A stretch of DNA of 64,000 nucleotides, from NCBI RefSeq assembly GCF_004010195.1, contig NC_057720.1:35300771-35364770 (forward strand). The letters are read 5' to 3'. Position numbers and translations under genes: made by a program. Below, piece after piece: positions 51,370 through 64,000 of the stretch. The DNA comes from Chiloscyllium plagiosum. Taxonomy: Eukaryota. A model generated the notes under the pieces. The model had not been told where the DNA came from. It was given only the letters and a program-made list of their open reading frames with translations, and searched no databases. Each line of letters begins with the position of its first letter. Position 1 is the stretch's first letter.

Positions 51370-51990
51370 GTAAAGAACTAACATCCTGCACTTTGAATAG
51401 TACAGCATATAAAGAAATAGTTACACGAGTAGTGGAGTCTTGTTTGAGTTGTATGGAAATTTGTTTCATCTGTAGCTGGAGTGTTGTGTGAAGTTTTGGT
51501 CTCCTTGTTTCAATAAGAGTATTATTGGCATATAGGGAGTGCAACAAAATTTCACCAGACTTGTTCCCAGGATGGCAGGACTGTCTTATGTGTAGAAATT
51601 TGTCAAACTGGACTTCTATTCTCATTGACACCTATAAAATACATAAACATCCACGCAGGGTAGAATCAGGTAACATGTTTCCCTGGTCAAGGATTGAAAC
51701 AGGTGAAACAATGTGAAAATAAGGTGGATGTCAGTTAGGACTATGATGAGGTGAAAACATTTCACTCAAAGGGTTGTGAATCTTTGGAAATCTCTACCCA
51801 AAAAGGGTGTAAAAGCTCACTTTTTTTGAGTATTTCAAGTATGTTTTGATAGATTTCTGATTACCAGTGGAGCAAAAGGTTTGAGGATAGTGTGGGCAAA
51901 AGGCATTAAAGAGTTCAATCTGCCATAATTGTGTTAAATGGCAGAGCAGGCAGATGGGCTGAATAGCCTACTCCTGTTCCCATATTCCTA
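51370..51990 (+). mobile_element. Old CR1 3' fragment
   Basis: TTCACTCAAAGGGTTGTGAATCTTTGGAA and GGGCTGAATAGCCTACTCCTGTTCC tail. Confidence 0.75.
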
Positions 51991-53229
51991 AGAAGTTCAA
52001 CCATGAGAAGTTGGTTCTTTTTGTAATTTATTCCAATCCAAGTCTTAAATTCTAGCTGTAGAATTCCAGAGACTTTAGCCAGTAAGTTGTTGGTTTCCCA
52101 TATTAAAAAATAAATAATTAACTGCTATTGAACAATTGCTTTATTGCAGTTAAAATCCTTCAGTGTTAATTTTAAATGATAGCAGAAGTTGCTAATAACA
52201 GAGGCCCAGAGCAATTACAACAAAGTCTAATTCATTGTGTTTTTTGTTTCTAACTGCAACAGTAGTGAAATAAAATGTTTTATGAAGCCAGTTGAATTCC
52301 CTATTCTACAGTAAACATTTTAAATGAAACCAATGGACTGACATCGCAGCATGGTTGGGCTTGCTCGCTATCAAAAGTCTAAAGGGACTAGTTTTAAGCC
52401 AAAGCCATAAAGGCATTACTTATGTTTTGCTGGTTATAGGGGTATTCACATCTCAGATTTCTAGCTTGTCAGTTCAGAGGGAAAACAGGGCTTCCATTTA
52501 ACATCTCACCAGCAGAGTAGCACTGCTGAGAGTGTACATGCTCAGTGTGCACTGACATATCAACCTAGATTTGCCTTCTCAGTTCCTGGCATAGGACGTG
52601 AGCCCACAAACTTCAAGCTGAGAGGCAAGTGCTACAAATGGAGCCACTAAATGACAACTTGGCAATTTCCTTCATTCTTTCATCAGCAATGTTAGTACAT
52701 TCCTGATTGACTTTGAACTGAGCAGTTTGGAAAAGCCATTTCAATAAACAGTTAAGTTCACCACTTCACTGTAAACTTATGCAAACCAGACCAGGTAAGG
52801 ATGTCAGATATCCTTCTAATGGACATTAGTAAACTTGACAGGATTTCACGGCAGAAGTAAAAACAATGACTGCAGATGATGGAAATGCTGTTAGTTTACC
52901 AGATGTCATTCCTGAGAGTAGCTTCCAATTCCAGATTAATTGAATTTAAATACAATCAGACTTGTATGGTCACATTTGAATCTGTGTCCCCAAAACATTT
53001 GTCCAGGTCTCTAGCTTGTAGTCCAGTGACATTACCACTTCCCAGTGAGGAAGACAATATTTCCATTTGTGGAGCAATTCAAAAGTCATTCACAAAATAA
53101 TTAAGATTGGAAAGATACTGAGTGATCCAATGAGAGGACTCTTACTATGCTATCATTATAGGCCTATGCTACCTAACACCATCAGGAACAAACCAAGGTA
53201 GGAACTGGACAAACACAACTTGTCCCAGA

Positions 53230-54475
53230 CATGTATTTGGAAAGGCAAGAACTGATTAGGGATAGTCAACATGGCTTTGTGCGTGGGAAATCATGTCTCC
53301 CAAACTTGATTGAGATTTTTGAAGAAGTAACACAGAGGATTGATGAGGGCAGAGCAGTGGACGTGATCTGTATGGATTTCAGTAAAGCGTTTGACAAGGT
53401 TCCCCATGGGAGACTGGTTAGCAAGGTTAGCTCCCATGAAATACAGGGAAAACTAGCCATTTCGATACAGAACTGGCTCAAAGGTAGAAGACAGAGGCAG
53501 GTGGTGGAGGGCTGTTTTTCAGACTGGTGGCCTGTGACCAGTGGAGCGCCACAAGGATCTGTACTGGGTCCACTACTTTTCATCATTTATCTAAATGATT
53601 TGGGTTTGAGCATAAGAGGTATAGTTAGTAAGTTTGCAAATGACACCAAATTTGGAAGTGTAGTGGACAGCGAAGAAGGTTACCTCAGATTACAGCGGGA
53701 TCTTGATCAGATGGGCGAATGGGCTGAGATGTGACAGATGGAGTTTAATTTAGATAAATGCAAAGTGCTGCACTTTGGGAAAGCAAATCTTAGCAAGACT
53801 TATACACTTAATGATAAGGTCCTAGGGAGTATTGCTGAACAAAGAGACCTTGGAGTGTAGGTTCATTGCTTCTTGAAAGTAGAGTCGCAAGTAGATAGGA
53901 TAGTGAAGAAGGTGTTTGGTATGCTTTCCTTTATTCATCAGACTATTGGGTACAGGAGTTGGGTGGTCATGTTGTGGCTGTACAGGACATTGCTTGGTCA
54001 CTGCTGGAATATTGCATGTAATTCAGGTCTCCTTCCCATTGGAAGGAAGTTGTGAAACTTGAAAAGGTTCAGAAAAAATTTACAAGGATGTTGCTAGGGT
54101 TGGAGGATATGAGCGATAGGGAGGTGTTGAATAGGCTAAAGCTGTTTTCCCTGGAGCATCGGAGGCTGAGGGGTGACCTTTTCTCTGAGGTGGGTGAGTC
54201 CAGAATTAGAGGGCATTAATTTAGGGTGAGAAGGGAAAAATATAAAAGAGACCTAAGCGGCAACTTTTTCACGCGGAGGGTGGCATGTGTATGGAATGAG
54301 TTGCCAGAGGAAGTGGTAGAGGTTAGTACAATTGCAACATTTAAAAGGCATCTTGATGGGTATGGGCCAGGTGCTAGCAAGTGGAACTAGATTGGGTTGG
54401 GATATCTGGTCGGCGTGGACGAGTTGGACCGAAGGGTCTGTTTCCATGCTGTACATCTCTATGACTCTATGACTC
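53230..54475 (+). mobile_element. CR1 RT plus 3' end
   Basis: ORF 53231: QHGFVRGKSCL, DFSKAFDKVPH, GAPQGSVLGP, KFANDTK; tail (CTCTATGA)n. Confidence 0.95.
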
Positions 54476-55035
54476 AATGACCTTGAGAGCTTTAGCAATG
54501 CACCTCTGACACTCCTATGAGCAGGATTCTCTCAAATTAGGTGGGAGCATGGAGTGAGCGACATTTTTATGTTTCTTTTCAGCAAGGAGCTAAAAGTACT
54601 AAAGGTGGTGCAATCACAAAAAGAATTCCGTCATAGTGCTGCGACTAGAGCCAGTGAGGCATTGGAATTCACTTTACTGAAGTGTTTTATTGTTGAAATT
54701 GATGATTCAGCGATCAGTTGGGGAAAGAAAAGTGATGAATGCAGACTCAATGTATATTCTAATATAGATCACAATTCATTGGTTGGGAATACTAGCCCCA
54801 AGGTTATATCAGGAGAGGATTTCATCAAGGAAAAAGACTACCCAGTGGTGATCCATACTGAGGCATCTGTTCCTTAATATCTCCTGTATATTCAGATCTT
54901 GCAGTATTGTTGAGGACACATAGCCATGAGAAGCATTTAAACCTCAAAATGGTGTATTAATTCATCCTACTCATTTGAGTAATACCATACAATTGAAATA
55001 AACAAAAATTTCCATCCTCCTCTTGCTTGAAACAT

Positions 55036-55345
55036 CGGTGGCTTAGTGGTTAGCACTGCTGCCTCACAGGGACCTGGGTTTGATTCCAGCCTCGGCGACT
55101 GTCTGTGTGGAGTTTGCACATTCTCCCTGTGTCCAGGTGCTCCAGTTTCCTCCCACAATCCAAAGATATGCAGGTTAGATGAATTGGCTATGCTAAATTA
55201 CCCATAGTGTTCAGGGATATTTGAGTTAGGTGCATTAGTCATAGTAAATGTAGCATAATAGGGTAGGGGGATGGGTCTGGGTGGGTTACTCCACCGACAT
55301 GTTGGGACAAATGGCCTATTTCTACACTGTAAGGATTCTATGATG
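55036..55345 (+). mobile_element. HE1 V-SINE
   Basis: Head, V domain and tail with small deletions. Confidence 0.88.
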
Positions 55346-56589
55346 ATGATGATGGTTCTATGATCTTGAAATGCCTGTTAGTAATGATGTAGCTGGCAAG
55401 TACTTTTTTGGAAGAAATATGCAGGTTGGGACATAAAGGAATTGAGAAGACCTAAATTATGCAAGATGTACCATACAGGAAAACAGAACATATTACATTT
55501 TAGAAACCTACTAATATTGTCAATGGGAAGTCAACAATTAAATCTTGAAGAAGCAAGTGAGATTAGTTTAATTTGGGAAATTTGGTCGGATGGACTAGTT
55601 GGACCGAAGGGTCCATTTCTGTGCTGTATGACTCTATGACTTTATAACAATTCCAATGCATACTGAATATAGTGAAAGCATGAAGTGAAAGTGAATGAAA
55701 TAGGATAACACAACAGTATATAGTTCAAAATACTTGTTAAGAGCCTTGGGTAAGAAACTTGAAGAAATATAATGTGAAAAAAATCCTTCATAAGTAAATC
55801 GACTACTAGAATAATGGACTTTGACAGGTTGCCATTACATACTTACTATCATCAGCTGTTTTTTTTTAATATACACTTTACAAAGAATTTAATTTTATGT
55901 GCTTTGACCCTTTACATGAACACTGCATAAATCTCAACACGTGACAGCCATCTTGATGGAGTGTGTTGTAAGTCATTTCCTCATTAACTTTTTCTGATTC
56001 AGTGAGGTACATTTCTGTCTCTACAGCTAATATCCACTCACCAGTTGACACAACATCCCTATCTAAAACTGTGTCAATCATTGCCATGTAACCAGCAAAA
56101 AGAGCAACTATTTTTGTTGGATTTTCTGAACGATGGCAATCACAGTCAGATTGTCACTCTGCTCCTACTTTTTTACATTCAGAAAGACCTTAAATCCTTG
56201 TCATGCAGGATAGTCTGGGGAAGACCCCTTTTTCACATTAATAGTTGCCATATTCTGAGATTTAAACATCCAGCATCACAGATCACAACTTTGACAGTTT
56301 CAGTGAAGGATGAGTATGTAAGGAAAAAGAGTCTTTCTGCATTTAAAATGTTTCCTCTATTTCTCTTTCCATAGATGCTTCCAGACCTGCTGAGTTTCTC
56401 CAGCATTCCCTTTTATTATTTAGGTGCATAAGGGTGAGTGGAAGGTTAGGGTGCCATATGGGAATGAGGCCACATGGGTAGAGTGCCAGGGTAACAGGTA
56501 AATAAGGTGTCAGGTAGCTAGGGTCCCAGGGTGATTGTGACAAAGTCAGTGCTACAGCCCCTACAATAGAAATTTTTTCACAGCTTCTT

Positions 56590-57020
56590 GGCTAGGATGC
56601 TACAGACTTTAGGCACATTGCACTGTAAAATAATGCAGCTGAATTCATTACCAGGAAAGGATTCCACTTGCTCAGTGGCCAAACCCCCATTGCCATATCA
56701 CTGCCATATCTTTGAGGCATCCTGGAAGGTACCATGATGCCTTAATTCTTGATAAATCCCAAGTTCCTGCCTCATTCAAGGGACCAAATGGATGGCTGAT
56801 AGGAGACTAGGACTACCTTCATCAACCTTGGTTGATGATTCCTTCACAGAATCTGCTGACCAAGGCAGAACACCGATACAATATAGCCCACTCTTCTTCA
56901 GCAGATAAGGCTCCTCAAAATGATGTTCTGATGCTTGGATTGATCTGGAAGGGTCTTGCAGTACATTCCAAATAGAATGTGCTGCATAATCCTGGCATCC
57001 TGTGCTCTGTACAATTGGAG
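56590..57020 (+). pseudogene. PIF/Harbinger DDE transposase relic (HARBI1-like domain)
   Basis: Plus-strand pieces: EFITRKGFH, PGRYHDALILDKS, GWLIGD*DY..QPWLMIP, AEHRYNIAHS, LLKMMF*CLD*SGRVLQYIPNRMCCIILASCALYN. Confidence 0.8.
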
Positions 57021-58409
57021 GAAGGAAATAGAGGAATTCATGAATAATGAAGTAATCACACACTCTAAGTGGATATAAGTGTGGAACATTAATAGATGCA
57101 AGAACCTATTTCAAGGTGTCCACATTACCATTGGAGTCAGTGATCTCCTCACTAAAATGTCATTTCTTAGTTGTACTCATGAACATAACGGTTGAAAAAT
57201 ATCTAAAATCTGTTGGTATTCAGGGTGCTTATTGGAGATAGGAAATGTCGCACAAATATAACTTCTATTCTCGTTGGGATGTATGATGATGCTGCTTAAC
57301 TCTAACATGGTAAGCCCACATCCAGGTCCCACAACTAAAACAACAGTCTTTCACACATTTACTGTTTGAAAGTACATCTATATTTACGGGTGTGGAAGTA
57401 TATTCACAACGACATGTCACCCATGTTTTCTGTGTGCCCTCAGAGCATTATTTTTACTTGCTCTCCCACAATGCCTATGTGCAATTTATATTATATAATT
57501 CATACATATCACCTCATAATACATATATTGTACAATTCAATTTGTATAATCAGGTCAAATAAGCACTTAGCCATTTCTTCTAATTAGATATTGAGAAGAC
57601 TGAATTAGGACTGATGCAATATTCTCGACTTGCATGGATGGGTGCAGCACTCAAGAAGCTCCACACCAAGCAGGACAAAGCAGCTGACTTGGTTGGCATC
57701 ACCACCATAAACAATCACTCCCTCCATCATCAACACTCAGTAACAGCAGTGCATACCATCTACAAAATACAGAAATTCACCAAAGGTCCTTTGACAGCAC
57801 CTTTCAAACCCATAATCATCTCTATTTGAAAGGCAAGATGTGGGAATGTCACTACCTGCAAGTTCTCCTCTAAGCCACTTACCATCCTGACATGAAAATA
57901 TATTGCTGTTTCTTCAGTTTTGTTTGTTCAAAGTCTTTAACAGCATTGCAGGCCTACCTCCAGCACATGGACTGCAGTGGTTGAAGAAGACAGCTCACTG
58001 CCACCTTCTTTTATCCGCTTTGATCTCCTTAGATGGTTTACAGGTGACAAAATGTATTTTTCCCAGTGTTAGAAACTCCACTGAGAATGGTCTGTGCAGC
58101 AGCATGGGAGCTCTGCGGTGAGGCATATGCAATTAAAATATGGTCATCAAGAAGACCATCAGGATCTTACAAGGACTTATCTGCTTCTTAGACAAATAGG
58201 GACAGTCTATGCAGTATACTGAAGCTCCTGAATCAGGTCATTGTACATTGCACAGGGGCTGACAGTGCAGGAGTTCCCTACATTCAGAACAAAAATCACA
58301 TTTTTGGTAGGTTCCTAACACGAATGCAGAATATTCAATCCCTTTTCTCTTTTTCTTCCCTCTAATCCTACCTCCTAAACCAGCACTGATTGTTTTGACT
58401 GTCAGTTCA

Positions 58410-58720
58410 CAGAATCCTTACAATATGGAAGCAGGCCATTTAGCTCACACTGACCTGCCAATGAGAATCCCCACTAACCAATCCGTATAACCTGCATTTC
58501 CCTCGATTAATCTACCTAACCTACACATTCCTGAACACTATGGACAATTTAGCATGGCCAATCCACCTAAACTGCACATCTTTGGCCTGTGTGTGGAACC
58601 TCACACAGACATGGGGAGAATGTGGAAACTCCACTCAGACAGACTCCCAATGCTGGAATTGAAGGTTGGTCACTGATGTTGTGAGGCAGCAGTGCTAATC
58701 ACTGAGCCACCCTGCCACCA
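58410..58720 (-). mobile_element. HE1 V-SINE, older
   Basis: Reverse-complement head (GGCAGGGTGGCTCAGTGATTAGCACTGCTGCCTCAC) and V domain. Confidence 0.82.
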
Positions 58721-61700
58721 GAACTTGCATCTTCTCTGCATTTCACTCGAGATTATCTGTTCACTCCAGAACTGACTATGTAAAGGCCATCTATCTCCCA
58801 TGTACCAAGTTTGTCACTCCTATTTTAATGAAGCATGGAGATTTGTGTTTGTTAAAGTTCTAATGTATATTTAAATGAGTTGACCCAAGAACATCTATTA
58901 GAGCATTGGTAAGTGAAATTCATCTTCCACTGAGGTAAACATGGTGCATGACGTTTCTGGGCCAGTGTGACAACTCATTTGAATGCTAACCCTTACAATA
59001 GAATCTATGGTGCATTCATATTGTTAAATACATCTAAAACTGGAACAAAACTAGGAGAAATTAGTTATACCCTGAGCAACTTCAGGTTTTGTAGGTGCAC
59101 AACATTTGCAACACAAGTTAATAGTGGTTTAAATCGAGGACATGAGAGTTTTTTTAAAAATCCTTCCCTTCTTTCTTTAAAATATTGGTCAGTTGTTTGC
59201 TAAAATCTGCTGCCAAATTATTATGGTGCAACTAGCACAACTGAAGACTGTTAAAATCAACTTTTGTAGTGATCTCTTTGCCATCATGAAGGAGCACTGC
59301 AGCTGTTTTATTTCAGTTTGACACCAGAATTCGGCAGATGTCAGCAGAAGTGCAGCAATAAAAGTTAAGTGTAACAGCAGTACTCATTTCCTATAACTTT
59401 GACAGGAAAGGAAAACCAACATTTTTAAACCAATAAAAGAGGGGAAAAGTTTATTGAAGCACATTTAAAACGCATATGTTACACAGTCAAAATATGCTAC
59501 GCACTAGGAATATAAATAATTTGGACAGGAAATGAGCTTTTCTTTCAAAATTTAGTCCACTTAATCAAATTGTACCCTTATCTAGTGTGAACACACTTAG
59601 GTGCTATGTACTTTAGCGCAGTAATAGTCTAATAAAATGAGCATTGCATGCCCATGGTGTATAGTAGAAGGGGAATATCCTTATTTTTTGCTCCTACCAC
59701 CTTCACTCTATGACTAATGGCCTGCTGATTCTATATTGATAAGAAATTAACCTGCGACCTCTATAGATTCATTGTCAATAGATTCTGAGTGTTGTAAATT
59801 AAAGAAAATACGGAGTATCAAATGGCCCCAAGCATGACAAGCTGATTTATGACAGAAAGAGGGAAAAAAACAACAACATTGAACAGTTAAGACCCTTTGA
59901 GTCTCAGGGCTCTGATAATTTCCAAGCCAGTTGAGAGTAATCTGTATATTTCACATACTTTTCTATCTCCATCCCAATTCTGCTTAAAAAGAATGACTTG
60001 GAAATATCTCGAATTGTGAACATATGGCTTATTCTATCAATTAGAATTATTTGAAAATTTAGTTGAAATCATGTACAATTATACATTGTGATGGAAATTA
60101 TTTTGTTGTATATAAGTTGTACTGTGTACGTCAGGCAGTCTATGAAAATAGTAATGTTCAGAGAATATAGGCATTGTTCCTAAATAGTAGTTACTTTGAA
60201 TGCTGCCTTAGCTTGTTGTATGGTTTTCAATAGGTCACTCAGAATAGGTCAAGGGTTACTGACAGTCAGTTGGATGGAGGCAGTCAGAAAAGTAAGTTGA
60301 TACCGAATTTTGAGAAGATTTGTACTGATTACGAAATTTAGTGATCTCAGACTCAGCCCCACTCTCTGCAACTGGATCCTCAGTTTCCTAACCCATAGGC
60401 CATAATCAGTGAAAATTGGTACAATATTTCATCCTCACTAATACTCAACACTGGAGCCAACAAGGGGTGCATACTCAGCTCCCTACTGTAATCACTGTGA
60501 AGTGACCTGTACAAGAAGGACGGTTTACACCTTAATTGGAAGGGGACTAATATACTGGCATGGAGATGTGCTGAAGCTGCTTGGGAGGATTTAAACTAGT
60601 AAAGTTGGTGGGGGGGTGGGGAGGGTGGAGTGTGGGACCCAGGGAGAGGGAGAGAGGGAGGAAAGAGATCAATCTGAGACTGGTACAGTCGAGAATAGCA
60701 GCGAGTCAAACAGTCAGGGCAGGCAGGGACAAGGTAGGACTAATAAATTAAACTGCATTTATTTCAATGCAAGGGGCCTAACAGGGAAGGCAGATGAACT
60801 CGGGGCATGGTTAGGAACATGGGACTGGGATATCATAGCAATTACAGAAACATGGCTCAGGGATGGGCAGGACTGGCAGCTTAGTGTTCCAGGATACAAA
60901 TGCTGCAGGAAGGATAGAAAGGGAGGCAAGAGAGGAGGGAGAGTGGCATTTTTGATAAAGGACAGCATTACAGCTGTGCTGAGGGAGGATATTCCTGGAA
61001 ATACATCCAGGGAAGTTATTTGAGTGGAACTGAGAAATAAGAAAGGGATGATCACCTTATTGGGATTGTATTATAGACCTCCTAATAGTCAGAGGTTAAT
61101 TGAGAAACAAATTTGGAAAGAGATCTCAGTTATCTGTAAGAATAATAGGGTGGTTATGACAGGGGATTTTAACTATACAAACATAGACTGGGATTGCTAT
61201 AGTGTTAAAGGTTTAGATGGAGAGGAATTTGTTAAGTGTGTACAAGAAGATTTTCTGATTTAGTATGTGGATGTACCTACTAGAGAAGGTGCAAAACACC
61301 CAGGTCTAAAAGTTGAATTTCTAAATTGGAGAAAGGCTAATTTTGATGGTATTAGGCAAGAACTTTCAAAAGCTGATTGGGGGCAGATGTTCGCAGGTAA
61401 AGAGACAGCTAGAAAATGGGAAGCTTTCAGAAATGAGATAACGAGAATCCAGAGAAAGCATACTCCTGTTAGGGTGAAGGGAAAGGCTGGTAGGTATAGG
61501 GAATGCTGGATGACTAAAGAAATTGAGGGTTTGGTTAAGAAAAAGAAGGAAGCATTGATCAGGTATAGACAGGATAGATCGAGTGAATCCTTAGAAGAGT
61601 TTAAAGGCAGTAGGAATATACTTAAGAGGGAAATCAGGAGGACAAAAAAGGGACATGAGATAGCTTTGGCAAATAGAGTTAAGGAGAATCCAAAGGGTCT

Positions 61701-62222
61701 TTACAAATACATTAAGGACAAAAAGATAACTAGGGAGAGAATAGGGCCCCTCAAAGATCAGCAAGTTGGCCTTTGCGTGAAGCCGCAGAAAATGGGGGAG
61801 ATACTAAACGAGTATTTTGCATCAGTGTTTACTGTGGAAAAGGATATGGAAGATATAGAAAGTAGTGAAATAGATGGTGACATCTTGCAAAATGTCCATA
61901 TTACAGAGGAGGAAATGCTGGATGTCTTGAAACACATAAAGGTGGATAAATCCCCAGGACCTGATCAGATGTATCCGAGAACTCTGTGGGAAGCTAGAGA
62001 AGTGATTGCTGGACCTCTTGCTGAGATATTTGTATCATCGATAGTCACAGGTGAGGTGCCGGAAGACTGGAAGTTGGCTAACATGGTGCCACTCTTTAAG
62101 AAGGGTAGTAAGGACAAGCCAGGGAACCATAGACCGGTGAGCCTGATGTCGGGGGTGGGCAAGTTGTTGGAGGGAATCCTGAGGGACAGGATGAACATGT
62201 ATTTGGAAAGGCAAGGACTGAT

Positions 62223-62359
62223 CAAGTTAAAAATCACACAACACCAGGTTATAGTCCAACAGGTTTAAGTGGAAGCACACTAGCTTTCGGAGTGTCACTC
62301 CTTCATCAGGTGATTGTGACAACTTTGTACACCCCAGTCCAACACCGGCATCTCCAAAT
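62223..62359. mobile_element. Family-B PLE-derived mini-element (137 bp): inverted pLTR piece plus sense 3' tail
   Basis: TSD CAAGGACTGAT (62212-62222) / CAAAGACTGAT (62360-62370). 62223-62319 matches 9533-9603; 62321-62359 matches 11402-11440. Confidence 0.9.
62278..62312 (-). ncRNA. Minimal type-I hammerhead ribozyme, intact core
   Basis: Minus strand CAC-CTGATGA-A-GGAG-TGACA-CTCC-GAAA-GCTA-GTG: stem I CAC/GTG, stem II GGAG/CTCC, palindromic AGCT stem III, CUA cleavage triplet. Confidence 0.78.
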
Positions 62360-64000
62360 CAAAGACTGATTAGGGATAGTCAACATGGCTTTATGCATGG
62401 GAAATCATGTCTCACAAACTTGACTCATTTTTCTGAAGAAGTAACAAGGATGATCGATGAGGGCAGAGTGGTAGATGTGATCTATATGGACTTCAGTAAG
62501 GCATTCAACAAGGTTCCCCATGGAAGACTGAAAAGCAAGGTTAGATCTCATGGAATAAAGGGAGAAGTGGTCATTTGGATACAGAACTGGCTCAAAGATA
62601 GAAGACAGAGGGTGGTGGTGGAGGGTTGTTTTCAGACTGGAGGCCTGTGACCAGTGGACTGCCACAAGGATCGGTGCTGGGTCCTCTACGTTTTGTCATT
62701 TACATAAATGATTTGGATGCGAGCGTAATAGGTACAGTTAGTAAGTTTACAGGTGACACCAAAATTGGAAGTGTAGTGGACAGCGAAGAAGGTTACCTCA
62801 AATTACAACAGGATCTTGATCAGATGGGCCAATGGACTGAGAAGTGGCAGATGGAGTTTAATTCAGATAAATGCGAGGTGCTGCATTTTGAGAAAGCAAA
62901 TCTTAGCAGGACTTATACACTTAATGGTAAGGTCCCAGAGAGTGTTGTTAAACAAAAAGACCTTGGAATATAGGTTCATAGCTCCTTGAAAGTTGAGTCA
63001 TAGGTAGATAGGATAGTGAAGAAGGCTTTTGGTATGCTTTCCTTTCTTGGTCAGAGTATTGAGTACAGGAGTTAGGAGGTTATGTTGCGGCTGTACAGGA
63101 CATTGGTTAGGCCACTGTTGGAATATTGCGTGTAATTCTGATCTCCTTCCTATCGGAAAGATGTTGTGAAACTTGAAAGGCTTCAGAAAAGATTTACAAG
63201 GCTGTTGCCAGGGTTGGAGGATTTGAACTATGGGGAGAGGCTGAACAGGCTGGGGCTGTTTTCCCTGGAGCGTTGGAGGCTGAGGGGTGACTTTATAGAG
63301 GTTTACAACATTATGAGGGGCACGGATAGGATAAATAGACAATGTCTTTTTCCTGGGGTGGGGGAGTCCAGAACTAGAGGGCATAAGTTTAGGGTGAGAC
63401 GGGAAAGATATAAAAGGGAACTAAGAGGCAATCTTTTCACACAGAAGGTGGTACGTGTATGGAATGAGCTGCCAGAGGATGTGGTGGAGGCTGGTACAAT
63501 TGCAACATTTAAGAGGCATTTGGATGGGTATATGAATAGGAAGGGCTTGGAGGGATATGGGCCGGTGCTGGCAGGTGAGACTAGATTGGGTTGGGATATC
63601 TAGTCGGCATAAACGGGTTGGACTGAAGGTTCTGTTTCCATGCTGTGCATCTCTATGACTCTATGGCTGCGTTGTCAAATACCAGACTAATGCCATTTAG
63701 AAGTTCACTGATGACACCACCATAGGTTGGTCGAATCTCAGATTGCGATGAAACAGACTACAGACGGGAAGTGGAAGACCTGGAAAAATGGTTCACTGAG
63801 AACAACCTAGCTCTCAATGCCACCAAAACTGAGGAACTCATTATTGACTTTCGGGGGGATGTAACCCATGCCCCCCTACACATTAATAGCAAGAGGTGGA
63901 ATGAGTGGAGAGTGCCAAGTTCCTGGGAGTTGCATCCACAACAAGCTTTCTTGGACTCTCATGTGGATGCACTGGTTACAAAGGTCCAACAATGCCTCTT

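Larger units (their letters stand above)
60500..63665 (+). mobile_element. Near-complete CR1 ORF2, inactivated by stops, a deletion in the APE C-terminus and a mini-element insertion
   Basis: ORFs 60616, 61024, 61267, 62393, 62626 and 63166 give APE, linker, RT and C-terminus in order; the LDL...SDH segment is missing near 61295; tail CTCTATGACTCTAT. Confidence 0.95.
60338..64000 (+). mobile_element. Rex1/Babar RT fragment (60338-60500 and 63666-64000) split by a CR1 insertion
   Basis: LCNWILSFLTHR...NTGA..GCILS before the CR1; CVVKYQTNAI*KFTDDTT...ENNLALNATKTEELIIDF after it. Confidence 0.8.

Noticed and set aside
54554..54877. 107-aa ORF after a good plus-strand acceptor (TTTCTTTTCAG)
   Set aside because: No recognisable domain, no clear donor, no partner exons; chance cannot be excluded.
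56776..57063. Minus-strand ORF with acceptor-like tract as an exon
   Set aside because: Antisense to the Harbinger transposase relic.
61267..62268. Longest ORF (333 aa) as a host gene or active LINE
   Set aside because: It is the middle of CR1 ORF2; the element has stops, an APE deletion and the 62223 insertion that ends the ORF.
5533..62359. Sequence-specific targeting of CR1 by the mini-elements
   Set aside because: TSD sequences share no consensus, sites differ along CR1, two copies sit in Gypsy, and CR1 is simply abundant here.

Overview
This is a repeat-dominated vertebrate window with no recognisable host protein-coding gene. The repeat content (HE1/V-SINEs sharing a 3' tail with CR1 LINEs, Deu-type SINEs) points to a cartilaginous fish, probably a shark (inference). 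Most of the window is nested retroelement debris: about 13 CR1 fragments (two near-complete ORF2s at 36.0-39.2 kb and 60.5-63.7 kb), 8 HE1/V-SINEs, and Rex1/Babar, Tx1 and RTE LINE pieces. It also holds a single-ORF CR1-group LINE with a tRNA-like 5' head, three decayed Gypsy LTR elements (two with both LTRs still visible), a Harbinger transposase relic and a Penelope-like element (PLE) with inverted pseudo-LTRs and a 12-bp target-site duplication (TSD). The most interesting signal is a set of tiny (43-181 bp), mostly TSD-flanked, non-coding insertions in two sequence families. They carry minimal type-I hammerhead ribozyme cores (CTGANGA-stem II-GAAA plus a palindromic stem III), and two copies show the PLE fold-back architecture, consistent with PLE-mobilised retrozyme-like mini-elements. 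Weaker signals are two candidate minus-strand exons and three co-oriented CTCF-like motifs. Coordinates of old repeats are approximate (tens of bp) and family names are from memory of motifs, not database searches.
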